Of a stretch of DNA of 64,000 bases, positions 8,355 through 18,653 are shown piece by piece; positions within the stretch are counted from its first letter, which is position 1, and each line of letters begins with the position of its first letter. The notes under the pieces are model-generated. The model was given only the letters and a program-made list of their open reading frames with translations. It ran no database searches and was not told the origin of the DNA. Made by a program: the position numbers and the translations under genes. The stretch lies in contig JBDKSM010000034.1 of assembly GCA_039680665.1 (NCBI GenBank), positions 4,206 through 68,205 on the forward strand, given 5' to 3'. Source of the stretch: Syntrophaceae bacterium. Lineage in GTDB: Bacteria; Desulfobacterota; Desulfomonilia; UBA1062.

Positions 8355-10055
8355 CTACAACTTCTGCTGCAGCACCATCTGCTTGAGCTCGCGCTTCAGG
8401 ATCTTGCCCACGCCGCTGGTGGGGAGCTGATCCATGAACAGGATGCGCTTGGGCACCTTGTAGGGCGCCACCTGCTCTCTCAAGTAGGCCAGGATCTTGT
8501 CGCGTTCGGCGTCGCCGCCTTCAATGCCCGGCTTCAAGACCACGGCGCAGGCCACCCGCTCCGAGCCCGCCCGTTCCGGGTCGGGGATGCCGAAGGACGC
8601 CGCGGCCTGGATGTCGGGGTGTGCGGAGAGCACGTCGTCGAGCTCGCGGGTAAAGACCTTGAAACCCGAGACGATCACCATGTCCTTGAGCCGGTCCACG
8701 ATAGAGAAATAACCATCTTCATCCATCTTGGCGATATCGCCGGTGAACATCCACCCGTCGCGCAAGGCATGGGCGGTCTCTTCGGGCTGATTGTAGTATC
8801 CCAAAGTGAAGACCTGCGGCCCGGATATGGCGATCTCGCCGGGTTCTCCCAGTTTGGCGGGCGCGCCCGTGCCCGGATCGATCAGCTTGAAGGTGGTGTC
8901 CGGCAGCGGCATGCCGATCGAGCCCGGCTTCTTCTTGCCGTAGCGCGGCAGGCAGCAGGTCACGGGCGAGGTCTCGGTCATGCCGTAGAGCTCGATGAGC
9001 TTACCTTGGCCCACGATGGCCTCGAACTCCCTGATCTTCTCGGGCGGGAAGGGCTGGGCCGCGGACAAGCACCAGCGCAGACACGAGACATCCAGGGTCT
9101 TGAACTCCGGCACTCTCATGAGTTCCAGGAATATGGTGGTGACGTTCACCAGGGCCGTGGGCTTGTATTTCTTGATGGCCTCGATCAGGAAATGGGTGTC
9201 GCGGGGGTTGGGCACGGCGATCTGGGTGATGCCGTCCATCAGGGATGAGACGCCCAGGCACAGCCCCGCGATGTGGAAGAGCGGGAAGGCGCTCAGGAAT
9301 AGATCGTTCGGACCGATATCAAGCCAGGCCTTGATCTGCTGGATGTTGTACATGATGTTGCGCTGGGTGAGCTGGGCGCCCTTGGCCGGGCCGGTCTTGC
9401 CGCCCGTGTACATCATGTACAGGACCTCGCCCATGCCCTTGGAGCCCATGACCGCGGCCTTGGGCATGGCCTTGATGGCATCCATGAAGCGCTCCACGGT
9501 GACCCCGGAGATCGGTTTTACCTCGGCCTGGGGGATCTTCTTCAAAAGCTTGCCCAGGAAGGACTTGAGAGGCGGCAGAAAATCCGCGATGGAAGAGACC
9601 AGCACCGTGGAGAGCTTTGTCTTGGGCGCGGCCTCATAGATTTTTTCATACAGGACATCCACGGTCAGGACCATCTGTATCCCGGCATCATTCATCTGAT
9701 GCACCAACTCGCTGGGGGTCAGGAGCGGCGACAGGCCGGATGAGACGCCATCCGCCTTTTGTATTGCCAATACCGCGATAAAGTGGGCCGGAATATTGGG
9801 CAGGTTTAAACCCACCACCTGACCCGGCTTCAGGCCGCCGTGCTTTAGATAATGGGCCAGCTGATTCGAGAGCACATCCATATCTTTGAAGCTTAAGCAC
9901 TTGCCGAGATAGATGACGGCCGTTTTGTCCGGGAACCGGGCGACCACGTCCCGGAACTTCTCGCAGAAGGTCTTGCTGTCGTAGTTCAGATTGGGAGGGA
10001 CATGCTTGTCGTAGTTCTTGAGCCAGGGCCTCTGCAGATACAAACCTTCATCCAT
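8355..10055 (-). CDS. long-chain fatty-acid--CoA ligase (AMP-binding)
   Basis: YTGGKTGPAKG, LYGMTETSP, GWMFTGD, DRLKDMVIVSG, PYKVP, LPTSGVGKILKREL. Confidence 0.92.
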   Translation of the reverse strand: MDEGLYLQRPWLKNYDKHVPPNLNYDSKTFCEKFRDVVARFPDKTAVIYLGKCLSFKDMDVLSNQLAHYLKHGGLKPGQVVGLNLPNIPAHFIAVLAIQKADGVSSGLSPLLTPSELVHQMNDAGIQMVLTVDVLYEKIYEAAPKTKLSTVLVSSIADFLPPLKSFLGKLLKKIPQAEVKPISGVTVERFMDAIKAMPKAAVMGSKGMGEVLYMMYTGGKTGPAKGAQLTQRNIMYNIQQIKAWLDIGPNDLFLSAFPLFHIAGLCLGVSSLMDGITQIAVPNPRDTHFLIEAIKKYKPTALVNVTTIFLELMRVPEFKTLDVSCLRWCLSAAQPFPPEKIREFEAIVGQGKLIELYGMTETSPVTCCLPRYGKKKPGSIGMPLPDTTFKLIDPGTGAPAKLGEPGEIAISGPQVFTLGYYNQPEETAHALRDGWMFTGDIAKMDEDGYFSIVDRLKDMVIVSGFKVFTRELDDVLSAHPDIQAAASFGIPDPERAGSERVACAVVLKPGIEGGDAERDKILAYLREQVAPYKVPKRILFMDQLPTSGVGKILKRELKQMVLQQKL

Positions 10056-10243
10056 GCTTCAACCTCCCCTTGAATTAAGAATAAAAACCTTCACTTCCGT
10101 TATGGTAATGCTATGGAAAGAATAATCGCCACTTATCAGAAGTCAATCGACCTCCTTCAAATGCTTGCGAAAAACAGTCGCGTTCGCCATGGACACCGTG
10201 CCGGGCATCCGCTATGATGGCTCCATAAGGGAGGGTGCACCCC

Positions 10244-11299
10244 ATGCCGGACGTATACGAGCGCCTGCGCCACAGGTTGGACCAGATGGCGACCGGTTAT
10301 CCCGCCACGCCGAGCGGGGTCGAGCTCAGAATCTTGAGGCAGCTCTTCAGCCCCCGGGACGCCGAGCTGTTCATCTCCCTGAGCCCCGAGCTTGAAAGCG
10401 CGGCTGAAATCTCTGGCCGTCTGGGTACGGATCAGGCCGCCCTGGCCGAGCATCTGGAAGACATGGCCAGGCGGGGCCTGCTGTTCCGGCTGCGCCAAGA
10501 CGGTGAGCTGCGGTACGGCCCCATACCGTTCATCGTGGGGATCTATGAGTTTCAGGTCAACCGTCTTACGCCCACCTTGCTCAAGGACATCTCGGAGTAT
10601 TTTCTTGCCGCCCTGGCGCCGACCTTTCACAGCCGCTCGACCCCGCACCAGCGTTCGATTCCGATTGAAACGCACATTCTGGCTGAGCGGCCCATTGCCC
10701 CGTATGACGATGCCGTGGCCATCATTGCAAGCAAGGAGCGTATCGCCGTGGCCGAGTGCCTGTGCCGCAAGGCCGTGCGCATGTACGGCAAGGGCTGCCG
10801 GCATCCGCTCGAGACCTGCCTGCAGTTTGACGCCTATGCCGAATACTATGTGGACAACTCCATGGCGCGCGCCATCAGCACCGATGAAGCTTATGCCATC
10901 CTTAAGCGCAACGAGCAGGAAGGCCTGGTGCTGCAGACCTTGAACTCCCAAAACGTCGAGGCCATGTGCGCCTGTTGTTCCTGCTGCTGCGGCATGCTCA
11001 TCGCGCTCAGGCTCTTTCCCGCCCCCAGCCGCGAGGTCATGAGCAATTATGTCTGCCGGGTCGATACGGATCTGTGCACCGGCTGCGGCGTATGCATGCG
11101 GCGTTGTCCCACCGGGGCGCTCAAGCTTGTCGAGGGCAGGGCGCATTTCAAGCCGGAACGGTGCATCGGCTGCGGCCTGTGCGTGAAGACCTGCCCTGTC
11201 CAGGCCCACCAGCTGACGCGCAAACCGTCAGCCAAGCTCTATACCCCGCCGGCCACCGTCGCGGCGGCGTTCGAGCGCATGCGCTCCTCGGCGCGTTAG
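10244..11299 (+). CDS. 4Fe-4S ferredoxin-domain protein with N-terminal wHTH-like region
   Basis: CLCRK..GC.HPLETC, CACCSCCCG, two CxxCxxCxxxCP motifs. Confidence 0.85.
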   Translation: MPDVYERLRHRLDQMATGYPATPSGVELRILRQLFSPRDAELFISLSPELESAAEISGRLGTDQAALAEHLEDMARRGLLFRLRQDGELRYGPIPFIVGIYEFQVNRLTPTLLKDISEYFLAALAPTFHSRSTPHQRSIPIETHILAERPIAPYDDAVAIIASKERIAVAECLCRKAVRMYGKGCRHPLETCLQFDAYAEYYVDNSMARAISTDEAYAILKRNEQEGLVLQTLNSQNVEAMCACCSCCCGMLIALRLFPAPSREVMSNYVCRVDTDLCTGCGVCMRRCPTGALKLVEGRAHFKPERCIGCGLCVKTCPVQAHQLTRKPSAKLYTPPATVAAAFERMRSSAR

Positions 11300-11307
11300 G
11301 AGGTGCT

Positions 11308-12054
11308 ATGGACAAAGAACGATTGCGCGCGTTTCTCAAGGATACGATCCGCCAGGAGGTTGATTTTTCGCAGACCGACCAGAACCGGTTCATAGCCCCG
11401 CCCCCGATCGAAAAGCCCTATGCGCGGCAGGCCCGGCGCATCGACCTGCCGGGGGCCGAGCAGTTCCAGGCCCTGGGAAAGATCGATCTGTTTACCGCCA
11501 TCGGCGAACGCGAGAGCGTCAGATCGTACCGCCCGGAGCCGCTGGCTTTGAAGGAAGTCGCCTTTCTCCTGTGGGCCACGCAGGGCATACGCCGCGTGCT
11601 CGACCCCGGCCATGCCTTGCGCACCGTGCCTTCCGCCGGTTGCCGGCATGCCCTTGAAACCTATCTCTGCGTCCTTAACGTAACCGGTCTCGAACAGGGC
11701 CTCTATCGCTACCTGCCGCTCGAACACCAGCTGGTCTTTGAATTCGCCGAGCAGAACCTGGAGCGTAAGATTCAGCAGGCCGTGCTGGGCCAGCCCTATC
11801 CGGGCCAAGCGGCCCTGACCTTTATCTGGACCACGATTCCCTACCGCATGGAGTGGCGCTACGGGCCGGCGGCCTACAAGGTCATCGCGCTGGAAGCCGG
11901 TCATGTATGCCAGAACCTGTATCTGGCCTGCGAGGCCGTCGGCTGTGGCACCTGCGCCATTGCCGCCTACGATCAGCCGGGGATCGACCGCTTGCTCAAG
12001 CTTGACGGCCGGGAGGAATTCACGATCTACCTCGCCCCGGTCGGCAGGAAATGA
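11308..12054 (+). CDS. SagB/ThcOx-family nitroreductase-like FMN dehydrogenase
   Basis: GGAGG RBS; RESVRSY, LLWATQG, RTVPSAGCRHALETY, EAGHVCQNLYLA. Confidence 0.9.
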   Translation: MDKERLRAFLKDTIRQEVDFSQTDQNRFIAPPPIEKPYARQARRIDLPGAEQFQALGKIDLFTAIGERESVRSYRPEPLALKEVAFLLWATQGIRRVLDPGHALRTVPSAGCRHALETYLCVLNVTGLEQGLYRYLPLEHQLVFEFAEQNLERKIQQAVLGQPYPGQAALTFIWTTIPYRMEWRYGPAAYKVIALEAGHVCQNLYLACEAVGCGTCAIAAYDQPGIDRLLKLDGREEFTIYLAPVGRK

Positions 12055-12208
12055 GACCGGAAGGGAACCGGTTCTCACGTGGTGCCTCAAAAGGGTCGTA
12101 TAATTAATAAATTGCCCCGTTAATTCCACCTCCCTACCCCTGCTCGTATACCTGTTGTTAAACAGCATTTCATTTATCGTTTCGATTTGACGATATTTGA
12201 TTATAATC

Positions 12209-15200
12209 ATGTGGCAATTTTCGGGCTATAGCATTGTCGAGCAGATCGACGCGACCTACCGTTCGGTCGTATACCGGGCGCGCCGACAGCCCCCCCCGGG
12301 GGATACGGTCATCATCAAGGCCCTGCGCACCGAGCATCAGTCCCCTTCGGACATCGCCCGGCTCAAGCATGAGTACGCCCTGATCAGGAGTATCGACATC
12401 GAGGGCATCGTCAAACCCTTAGAGGTCATCGAACATGAGAACGGTCTGGCCCTGGTGCTGGAAGACTTCGGCGCCGTGTCACTCAAGAAGATCATGCATG
12501 GTAGCATGGATCTGGAATGTTTCCTGAACCTGGCCTTGCGCCTGTCCGATATCCTGGGCCGGCTGCATTTCAGCGGCATTACGCACCGCGACATCAAGCC
12601 CAGCAACATCCTCTTGAACCAGGAACAGGATGTCCTCAAGCTCACCGATTTCGGCATCGCCGCCGAGGTTACCCGCAAAAATGAAGAGGTCTATAACCCC
12701 AAGGTTATTGAGGGCACCCTGGCGTACATGTCGCCCGAACAGACCGGCCGCATGAACTGCGCGGTCGACTACCGCACCGACCTCTACTCCCTGGGCATCA
12801 CCTTTTATGAAATGCTCGCCGGCAAAGTGCCCTTCATTGCCCAAGACCCGCTGGAAATCATCTATTCTCATATCGCCAAAGCGCCCGTGGCTCTCCACGA
12901 GCTCAAGCCGGAAGTGCCCGGAATGATTTCCTCCATCATCATGAAGCTCTTGGCCAAGACTCCCGAGGAACGCTACCAGAACAGCTTCGGGCTCATGGCC
13001 GATCTCAAGCTTTGTCTGGATCAGCTGCAGAAGTCCGGCCGCATCGAGTCATTCGAGCTTGCCCGGCATGATATCTCGCTCAAGTTCAACATCCCCCAGG
13101 TCTTGGTCGGCCGCGAAGAAAACCTGGCCGTGCTTTTCAGTGCCTTCGAGCGGGTGAGCCAGGGGGCCGTGGAGATCATGCTCGTGAAGGGCGAACCCGG
13201 CATCGGGAAGTCGGCCCTCATAAACGAGATCAGCAAGCCCATCGTGGGCAAGAAGGGTTACTTCCTCTCCGGCAAGTACGATCAATTGCGGCGTTTTGTC
13301 CCCTACAGCTCCATCATTCAGGCCTTCCAGGGTCTATCCAGAGAGCTTTTATCGGAAAGCAGCGATCGTATCCGGGAATGGAAAGAGGAACTTTTGTTGG
13401 CATTGGGTCCCAATGGAAAAATCATTACGGACACCATCCCGGAAATTGGGTTCATCATAGGCTCTCAGCCCGATATCCCGGAGCTGGGACCGGAAGAGAC
13501 CCAGAACCGCTTCGACATGGTTTTCAAAAACTTCGTGAAGGTATTTGCCGGCGCGCGGCATCCGCTGGTATTGTTCCTTGACGATCTCCAGTGGGCCGAC
13601 AGCGCCAGTCTGAGGCTGATCGAAGCCATCACCACGGACAAAAGCCTTAAACATTTCCTGTTGATCGGGGCATATCGAGACAACGAGGTGGCGGATTACC
13701 ATATATTACGCCTTACCATGGAGAGGATCGTAAAAACGGGGCTGACCATGAACACGCTCACCCTGGGTCCCTTGCGAGAAGAGGACATCAATCGTCTCAT
13801 CGCCAATTTCTTCCGCTGCGAACCCGCCGTCAGCGCTCCCTTGGCCACCCTCATCCATGCTAAAACGCTGGGAAATCCTTTTTTCATCAATCAGTTTTTG
13901 AAAACCCTCTATGAAGAAAACTATCTGGTCCTGGATGCGGACCTGGGGTGGACATGGGATATCGAAGCCATCCGTCAGCTTAAGGTGACCGACAATGTCG
14001 TCACGCTCATGGCGGAAAAGATCGCGCGTCTGCCCAAGGAACAGCTGGAACTGATCCAGGTTTGCGCCTGCGTGGGCAACCGTTTCGAGGTCGAAACGCT
14101 TGCGGCGGCCATGGATCGTCCCATCGACGCGATCCTCAATACCATGGACAAACTTATCCAACTGGGCTTGATCAATTACGGCCACGGTCTCTACCGCTTT
14201 CATCATGACCGCATTCATGAGGCCACCTACTCGCTGATACCCCCGCCCGATAGACAGTGGATCCATTACCGGATCGCCGGGCGGCTGCTGGATACGACAA
14301 CGCCGGAGAAGCTTTCGGCCAAGATTTTCTACATCGCGGACCAGTTCAATCAGGCGGCCGGCCTGATCGAGAGCCGGCGCGAGAAGCTCGTGGTCGCGGA
14401 GTTGAACCTGAAAGCCGGACTGAAAGCCAAGGACGCCACGGCTTATGCCGCCGCCGCCAATTATCTGAAGGCCGGGATGGAGCTCTTGTCGGCTTACGCC
14501 TGGACAGAAGACTATGAGCTGATCTATGCCCTCTGCCTGGAGCGCATGGAGTGCGAATACTTAATCCGTAACTTCGAGGAGTCGGAGAAGCTCTTTCATC
14601 GTATCACCAGCAATGCCAGGAACAAGATCGACCGTGCCAAGGCCTGCCATGGCATGATCGTGCTCTACACGAATATCGGCAAACTGAATGAGGCGATCGA
14701 TCTGGGCATTGAAAGCCTCAAGTTTTTCGACGTGCACCTGTCCCGCAATACCGGCAAACTCGCGGTGTTCAAAGAGCTCATGCGCATCAAGCTGGCGCTG
14801 CGCAGAATCGGCATCCCCAATATCCTTAGCCTGCCCATGATGAGGGATGAAGATATTATCTGGACCACCGAGCTGGCCGGAAGCATCGGTATGCCCGCCT
14901 ATGTCTCGAACCCGAATCTCTTCGCGGTGACGGTGCTCAAGAATCTTAACCTGAGCTTAAAGCATCATGGTCTTATTCATGTTTCCGGCTTCGGGTTCAT
15001 GGCCCTGGCTTCCATTCTTGGATCCGGCCTGGGGGATTTTAGATCCGCGCATACCATCGGCGAGATGGCGCTCAAGCTCAATGAAAAGATGGGTGAAAAG
15101 CGGTATGCCTGCAAGGTCAATTTCCTCTTCAGCTTCATGATCCTGCACTGGAAGAACCACCTGCGCGAGTGCATCCCGTTCTTTCAAAAGGCCTATCAGG

Positions 15201-17125
15201 AAGGTCTCGATATCGGCGACCGCCTCTACTGCGGTCACAGCATCAATGCGCTGACCCATTGCCGTATCATCATGGGCGATAACATCGATGATGTTCTCAC
15301 GGATTACTCCCGCTTCAAGGATTTTATCGCGGGTATAAAAGACCCCTTCATCAGCAACATGTATAAGATTTTCACCCTGTTTTGCCTAAATATGCAAGGC
15401 GCCACGGATAACCCTTCAAGCCTCAAATCCGATGATTTCGACATCGACGAACAAATCGAGGTCATGCGCAAGAGCGGCAACCTGATGGATGTCTTCATCA
15501 TGCTCATGAGCAAGGAAAGGTCAAGTTACCTGTTCGGCCGGTATGAAGAAGCCTATCGGAGTGGCAACGAGATGGACACCATGCTGAAGGTCCCCACCGG
15601 GGCATATCATCTTCCGGAGCATTACTTCTACCGGTGCTTGAGCTTGCTGGCCGTCTATCCCGATAAGCCGCCGGCCGAACAGCGCACAATCCTCAGGATC
15701 TTAAAGCATCGGCTTAAAAAGATGAAACGCTGGGCCGAGATCTGTCCCGCCAATTATCAACCTAAATACCTGTTGATCATGGCGGAAGTGATGAACGCCA
15801 CCGGAGATCGCATGCAGACGCTCAAACTGTACGCGAGGGCCGTCAAGTCGTCGCGCGAGCATGCCTATACCAGCGTCGAAGCCCTTGCAAACGAACGGGC
15901 CGCCCTGTGTTACCTCAAAGAAGGCATTGAGGAGTCGGCGCGGGGCTACATGAGCGCGGCCCTGAGCGCCTATCAAAACTGGGGGGCAAAAGCCAAGATC
16001 ACCCAACTGCAACAAGCGTATCCGAACCTTGTGCGGGAGGAAAAAGTCACCCTGCCGGAAAAGGAAATCCACGCGATAAGTTCCGAGACGGGATCGGGCA
16101 TATCATTATCCATGCTGGACTTTGCCACGGTCATGCAGGCCTCGCATGCCATATCCAGTGAGATCATGCTCGAACGGCTGCTCCAGAAAATCATGAAATA
16201 TGCCGTCGTGAACGCCGGCGCCCAGCGGGGCTTCTTCATTCTCGATACCGAGGGCAGGCTCACCATCGAGGCCGATATGGAGCAGGGGGCCGATGAAGTG
16301 AGGGTCATGCAATCGATCCCGATCGAAGGCTGCAACGACTTGGCGGTTTCGATCGTGAACTATGTCCACCGCCGAGGCGAGAGCGTTATCTTGGGCAACG
16401 CCATGCAGGAAGGGGCCTTTACGCGTGACACCTACATCCTGAACAGCCGGTGCAAATCCATCCTGGCCGCGCCAATCATGAACAAAGGCAAGCTTTCCGG
16501 CATTCTCTACCTTGAGAACAATCTCTCGAGCAACGCCTTCACCACCGAACGTCTTGAGGTCCTGCGGCTGCTCTCGAGCCAGGCGGCCATATCGCTCGAA
16601 AATGCCCGGCTCTTTGAGCTTGCCACCACGGACGGCCTCACCAGACTCTTCGTGCACCGCTACTTCCAACTCCTGCTCGATGCCGAGATCCAAAAGTATC
16701 AGCAAGGCGGACAACCATTCTCGCTGGTCATGATGGACATCGATGATTTCAAGGTGATCAACGACACCTACGGGCATCAGTTCGGGGACAAGGTCCTGCG
16801 CAGACTGTCGCAGGGCATCAAGCGGGGCATCAGGCCCGTGGACATAGCCGCCCGCTACGGCGGCGAGGAATTCGTCCTGATCCTGCCCGAAACCGGAACG
16901 ACCCAGGCCATGTCCCAGGCCGAAAACATCCGCGCCATCATAGCCGGATTGCAGTTCGAGAACGACGGCCGGTCGCCCATAAACACCACCATCAGTCTGG
17001 GAGTCGCCACCTTCCCGTACCATGCAATGGACAAGGAAAACCTGATCAAATCGGCGGATCAGGCCTTGTACACGGCCAAACGCACCGGCAAGAACAGGGT
17101 GTGCGTGGGAGAGAGAACCAGGTAA
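12209..17125 (+). CDS. Ser/Thr kinase - P-loop ATPase - helical repeats - GAF - GGDEF diguanylate cyclase fusion
   Basis: HRDIKPSN, DFG, YMSPEQTGRMN; GEPGIGKS, LFLDDLQWAD; GAF GILYLENN...FT; RPVD I-site and YGGEEF. Confidence 0.93.
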   Translation: MWQFSGYSIVEQIDATYRSVVYRARRQPPPGDTVIIKALRTEHQSPSDIARLKHEYALIRSIDIEGIVKPLEVIEHENGLALVLEDFGAVSLKKIMHGSMDLECFLNLALRLSDILGRLHFSGITHRDIKPSNILLNQEQDVLKLTDFGIAAEVTRKNEEVYNPKVIEGTLAYMSPEQTGRMNCAVDYRTDLYSLGITFYEMLAGKVPFIAQDPLEIIYSHIAKAPVALHELKPEVPGMISSIIMKLLAKTPEERYQNSFGLMADLKLCLDQLQKSGRIESFELARHDISLKFNIPQVLVGREENLAVLFSAFERVSQGAVEIMLVKGEPGIGKSALINEISKPIVGKKGYFLSGKYDQLRRFVPYSSIIQAFQGLSRELLSESSDRIREWKEELLLALGPNGKIITDTIPEIGFIIGSQPDIPELGPEETQNRFDMVFKNFVKVFAGARHPLVLFLDDLQWADSASLRLIEAITTDKSLKHFLLIGAYRDNEVADYHILRLTMERIVKTGLTMNTLTLGPLREEDINRLIANFFRCEPAVSAPLATLIHAKTLGNPFFINQFLKTLYEENYLVLDADLGWTWDIEAIRQLKVTDNVVTLMAEKIARLPKEQLELIQVCACVGNRFEVETLAAAMDRPIDAILNTMDKLIQLGLINYGHGLYRFHHDRIHEATYSLIPPPDRQWIHYRIAGRLLDTTTPEKLSAKIFYIADQFNQAAGLIESRREKLVVAELNLKAGLKAKDATAYAAAANYLKAGMELLSAYAWTEDYELIYALCLERMECEYLIRNFEESEKLFHRITSNARNKIDRAKACHGMIVLYTNIGKLNEAIDLGIESLKFFDVHLSRNTGKLAVFKELMRIKLALRRIGIPNILSLPMMRDEDIIWTTELAGSIGMPAYVSNPNLFAVTVLKNLNLSLKHHGLIHVSGFGFMALASILGSGLGDFRSAHTIGEMALKLNEKMGEKRYACKVNFLFSFMILHWKNHLRECIPFFQKAYQEGLDIGDRLYCGHSINALTHCRIIMGDNIDDVLTDYSRFKDFIAGIKDPFISNMYKIFTLFCLNMQGATDNPSSLKSDDFDIDEQIEVMRKSGNLMDVFIMLMSKERSSYLFGRYEEAYRSGNEMDTMLKVPTGAYHLPEHYFYRCLSLLAVYPDKPPAEQRTILRILKHRLKKMKRWAEICPANYQPKYLLIMAEVMNATGDRMQTLKLYARAVKSSREHAYTSVEALANERAALCYLKEGIEESARGYMSAALSAYQNWGAKAKITQLQQAYPNLVREEKVTLPEKEIHAISSETGSGISLSMLDFATVMQASHAISSEIMLERLLQKIMKYAVVNAGAQRGFFILDTEGRLTIEADMEQGADEVRVMQSIPIEGCNDLAVSIVNYVHRRGESVILGNAMQEGAFTRDTYILNSRCKSILAAPIMNKGKLSGILYLENNLSSNAFTTERLEVLRLLSSQAAISLENARLFELATTDGLTRLFVHRYFQLLLDAEIQKYQQGGQPFSLVMMDIDDFKVINDTYGHQFGDKVLRRLSQGIKRGIRPVDIAARYGGEEFVLILPETGTTQAMSQAENIRAIIAGLQFENDGRSPINTTISLGVATFPYHAMDKENLIKSADQALYTAKRTGKNRVCVGERTR

Positions 17126-17154
17126 CGTGCCAAAGGTGAGAGGTTAAAGGGAGA

Positions 17155-17201
17155 GCAAGAAACCATCGGGGCCCTCTCTCGTGGCCGTTAACCCTGAGAC
17201 C
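17155..17201 (+). repeat. REP-like element, copy 2 (degenerate)
   Basis: Same 20-mer as 3628-3647, followed by TCTC...TGAGACC. Confidence 0.6.
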
Positions 17202-17309
17202 GAAAAATCTCAAGATATTCTGCTCTGGTGATCAGAAACCGATCAGGCAATAGAGAGGAACTAGCTGTTTCTACAGTAAACAGGCGATTCTCCCGATGTA
17301 TCCTGTAAC

Positions 17310-18437
17310 ATGAGACGAAGCGACATAACCCAACGCCGCAGGTTTGAAGAAGAGACCAGGATGCTCTTTCATCAAAGGCTCTTCCCCATAATTCTGGTGG
17401 GCATGATATTATTTCCCGTATTTTCATTCATCGATTATGTCGTGGCCCGCGAATATTTCCTGGTCTTTATTTTTTTGCGGGGCGCCTGTGCCTTGGGCTT
17501 TATTTTGCTGCTCTTGATATCATATACCAGATTCGGAAAGCTTCACCCCTTCACCTTAGGTCTGATTGCCTATCTCATGGCCGGCATCACGCTCTCTATC
17601 ATGGTCGTGACCACCGGCATCCATGGCTCGATTTACGAAATAGGGTTTATCATTGTCCTGATTGTTTTCTCATCCCTTCTGCCGCTGGATACAAAGCAAT
17701 CCACGGTTACCGGTTTTCTGCTCTTCTTTATCTACGTGATCTCTGTTCTGGTTTTCAGCCGACCGACGGCCGGAAATGTTCATATATTTTTCATCAATGC
17801 CTTTTACCTCTTCACGTTCGTTCTTATCTGCATATTGAAATGTTATGCGGATCATGAAACCCGCAGCAAGGAATTCGCCCTGCGAATGGAATTGGATTCC
17901 CAGAAGGAAAAGCTGCAGTACATGGCCTATTACGATATGCTGACCGGCCTGCCCAACCGCACCTTGTTCTATGGTTTGTATCCGCTTACCATAGCGAGAG
18001 GAAGACGTAACAATACCCTGGTGATCCTGATGATGATCGACCTGAACCATTTCAAGGAAATCAATGACACGTATGGCCACGATACCGGAGATCGTGTTTT
18101 GCGACATGCCGGTGAGTTGCTTTCAAAGAGCATTCGCGCCGAGGATCTGGTGGTCAGGTTGGGGGGCGATGAGTTTGTCATTATCATCCAGAATATCCAG
18201 AAAGGTGAAGAAGTGGCAGGCATTTCAAAGCGCATCGTGGAGGCATTCGTGAATCAAGTCCCGATCGAGATCTCAGGCGAGGCCTATACCGTTTCCGCCA
18301 GTATCGGCGTCACCGTGGTACGGCCCGATGAGGACTCAAGCGCCGATGAAGCCAAGGCCAAGGCGGATAGGGCCATGTACATGGCCAAAGACCAGAGCAA
18401 AGCCATGGGCCATAACACGTGCATACAACTAGCCTAA
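17310..18437 (+). CDS. membrane-bound diguanylate cyclase
   Basis: About 5-6 hydrophobic helices; DMLTGLPNR, IDLNHFKEINDTYGH..GD, RAED I-site, RLGGDEF. Confidence 0.92.
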   Translation: MRRSDITQRRRFEEETRMLFHQRLFPIILVGMILFPVFSFIDYVVAREYFLVFIFLRGACALGFILLLLISYTRFGKLHPFTLGLIAYLMAGITLSIMVVTTGIHGSIYEIGFIIVLIVFSSLLPLDTKQSTVTGFLLFFIYVISVLVFSRPTAGNVHIFFINAFYLFTFVLICILKCYADHETRSKEFALRMELDSQKEKLQYMAYYDMLTGLPNRTLFYGLYPLTIARGRRNNTLVILMMIDLNHFKEINDTYGHDTGDRVLRHAGELLSKSIRAEDLVVRLGGDEFVIIIQNIQKGEEVAGISKRIVEAFVNQVPIEISGEAYTVSASIGVTVVRPDEDSSADEAKAKADRAMYMAKDQSKAMGHNTCIQLA

Positions 18438-18653
18438 AAAAAGACCGGTTACAAATCAATCACATACCACTGCCTCCTCTCCGGTCAGATCACGTTGCCG
18501 CTCGTAGAGATAGTCTTCTTAAAAAGGGAGGAATATCGTCCTATAGTATGCATGCATTTTTTCCGATTTATCAGGTATCATGGGGAGCGGTGATATGACC
18601 AGATTCCAATCCTATACGAAAAAAGCTGGTGCTTAAAAGAATGGGGGAAGCCG

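Noticed and set aside
11308-12054. RiPP (azole) cluster suggested by the SagB-like gene
   Set aside because: No YcaO, E1-like protein or precursor peptide nearby.
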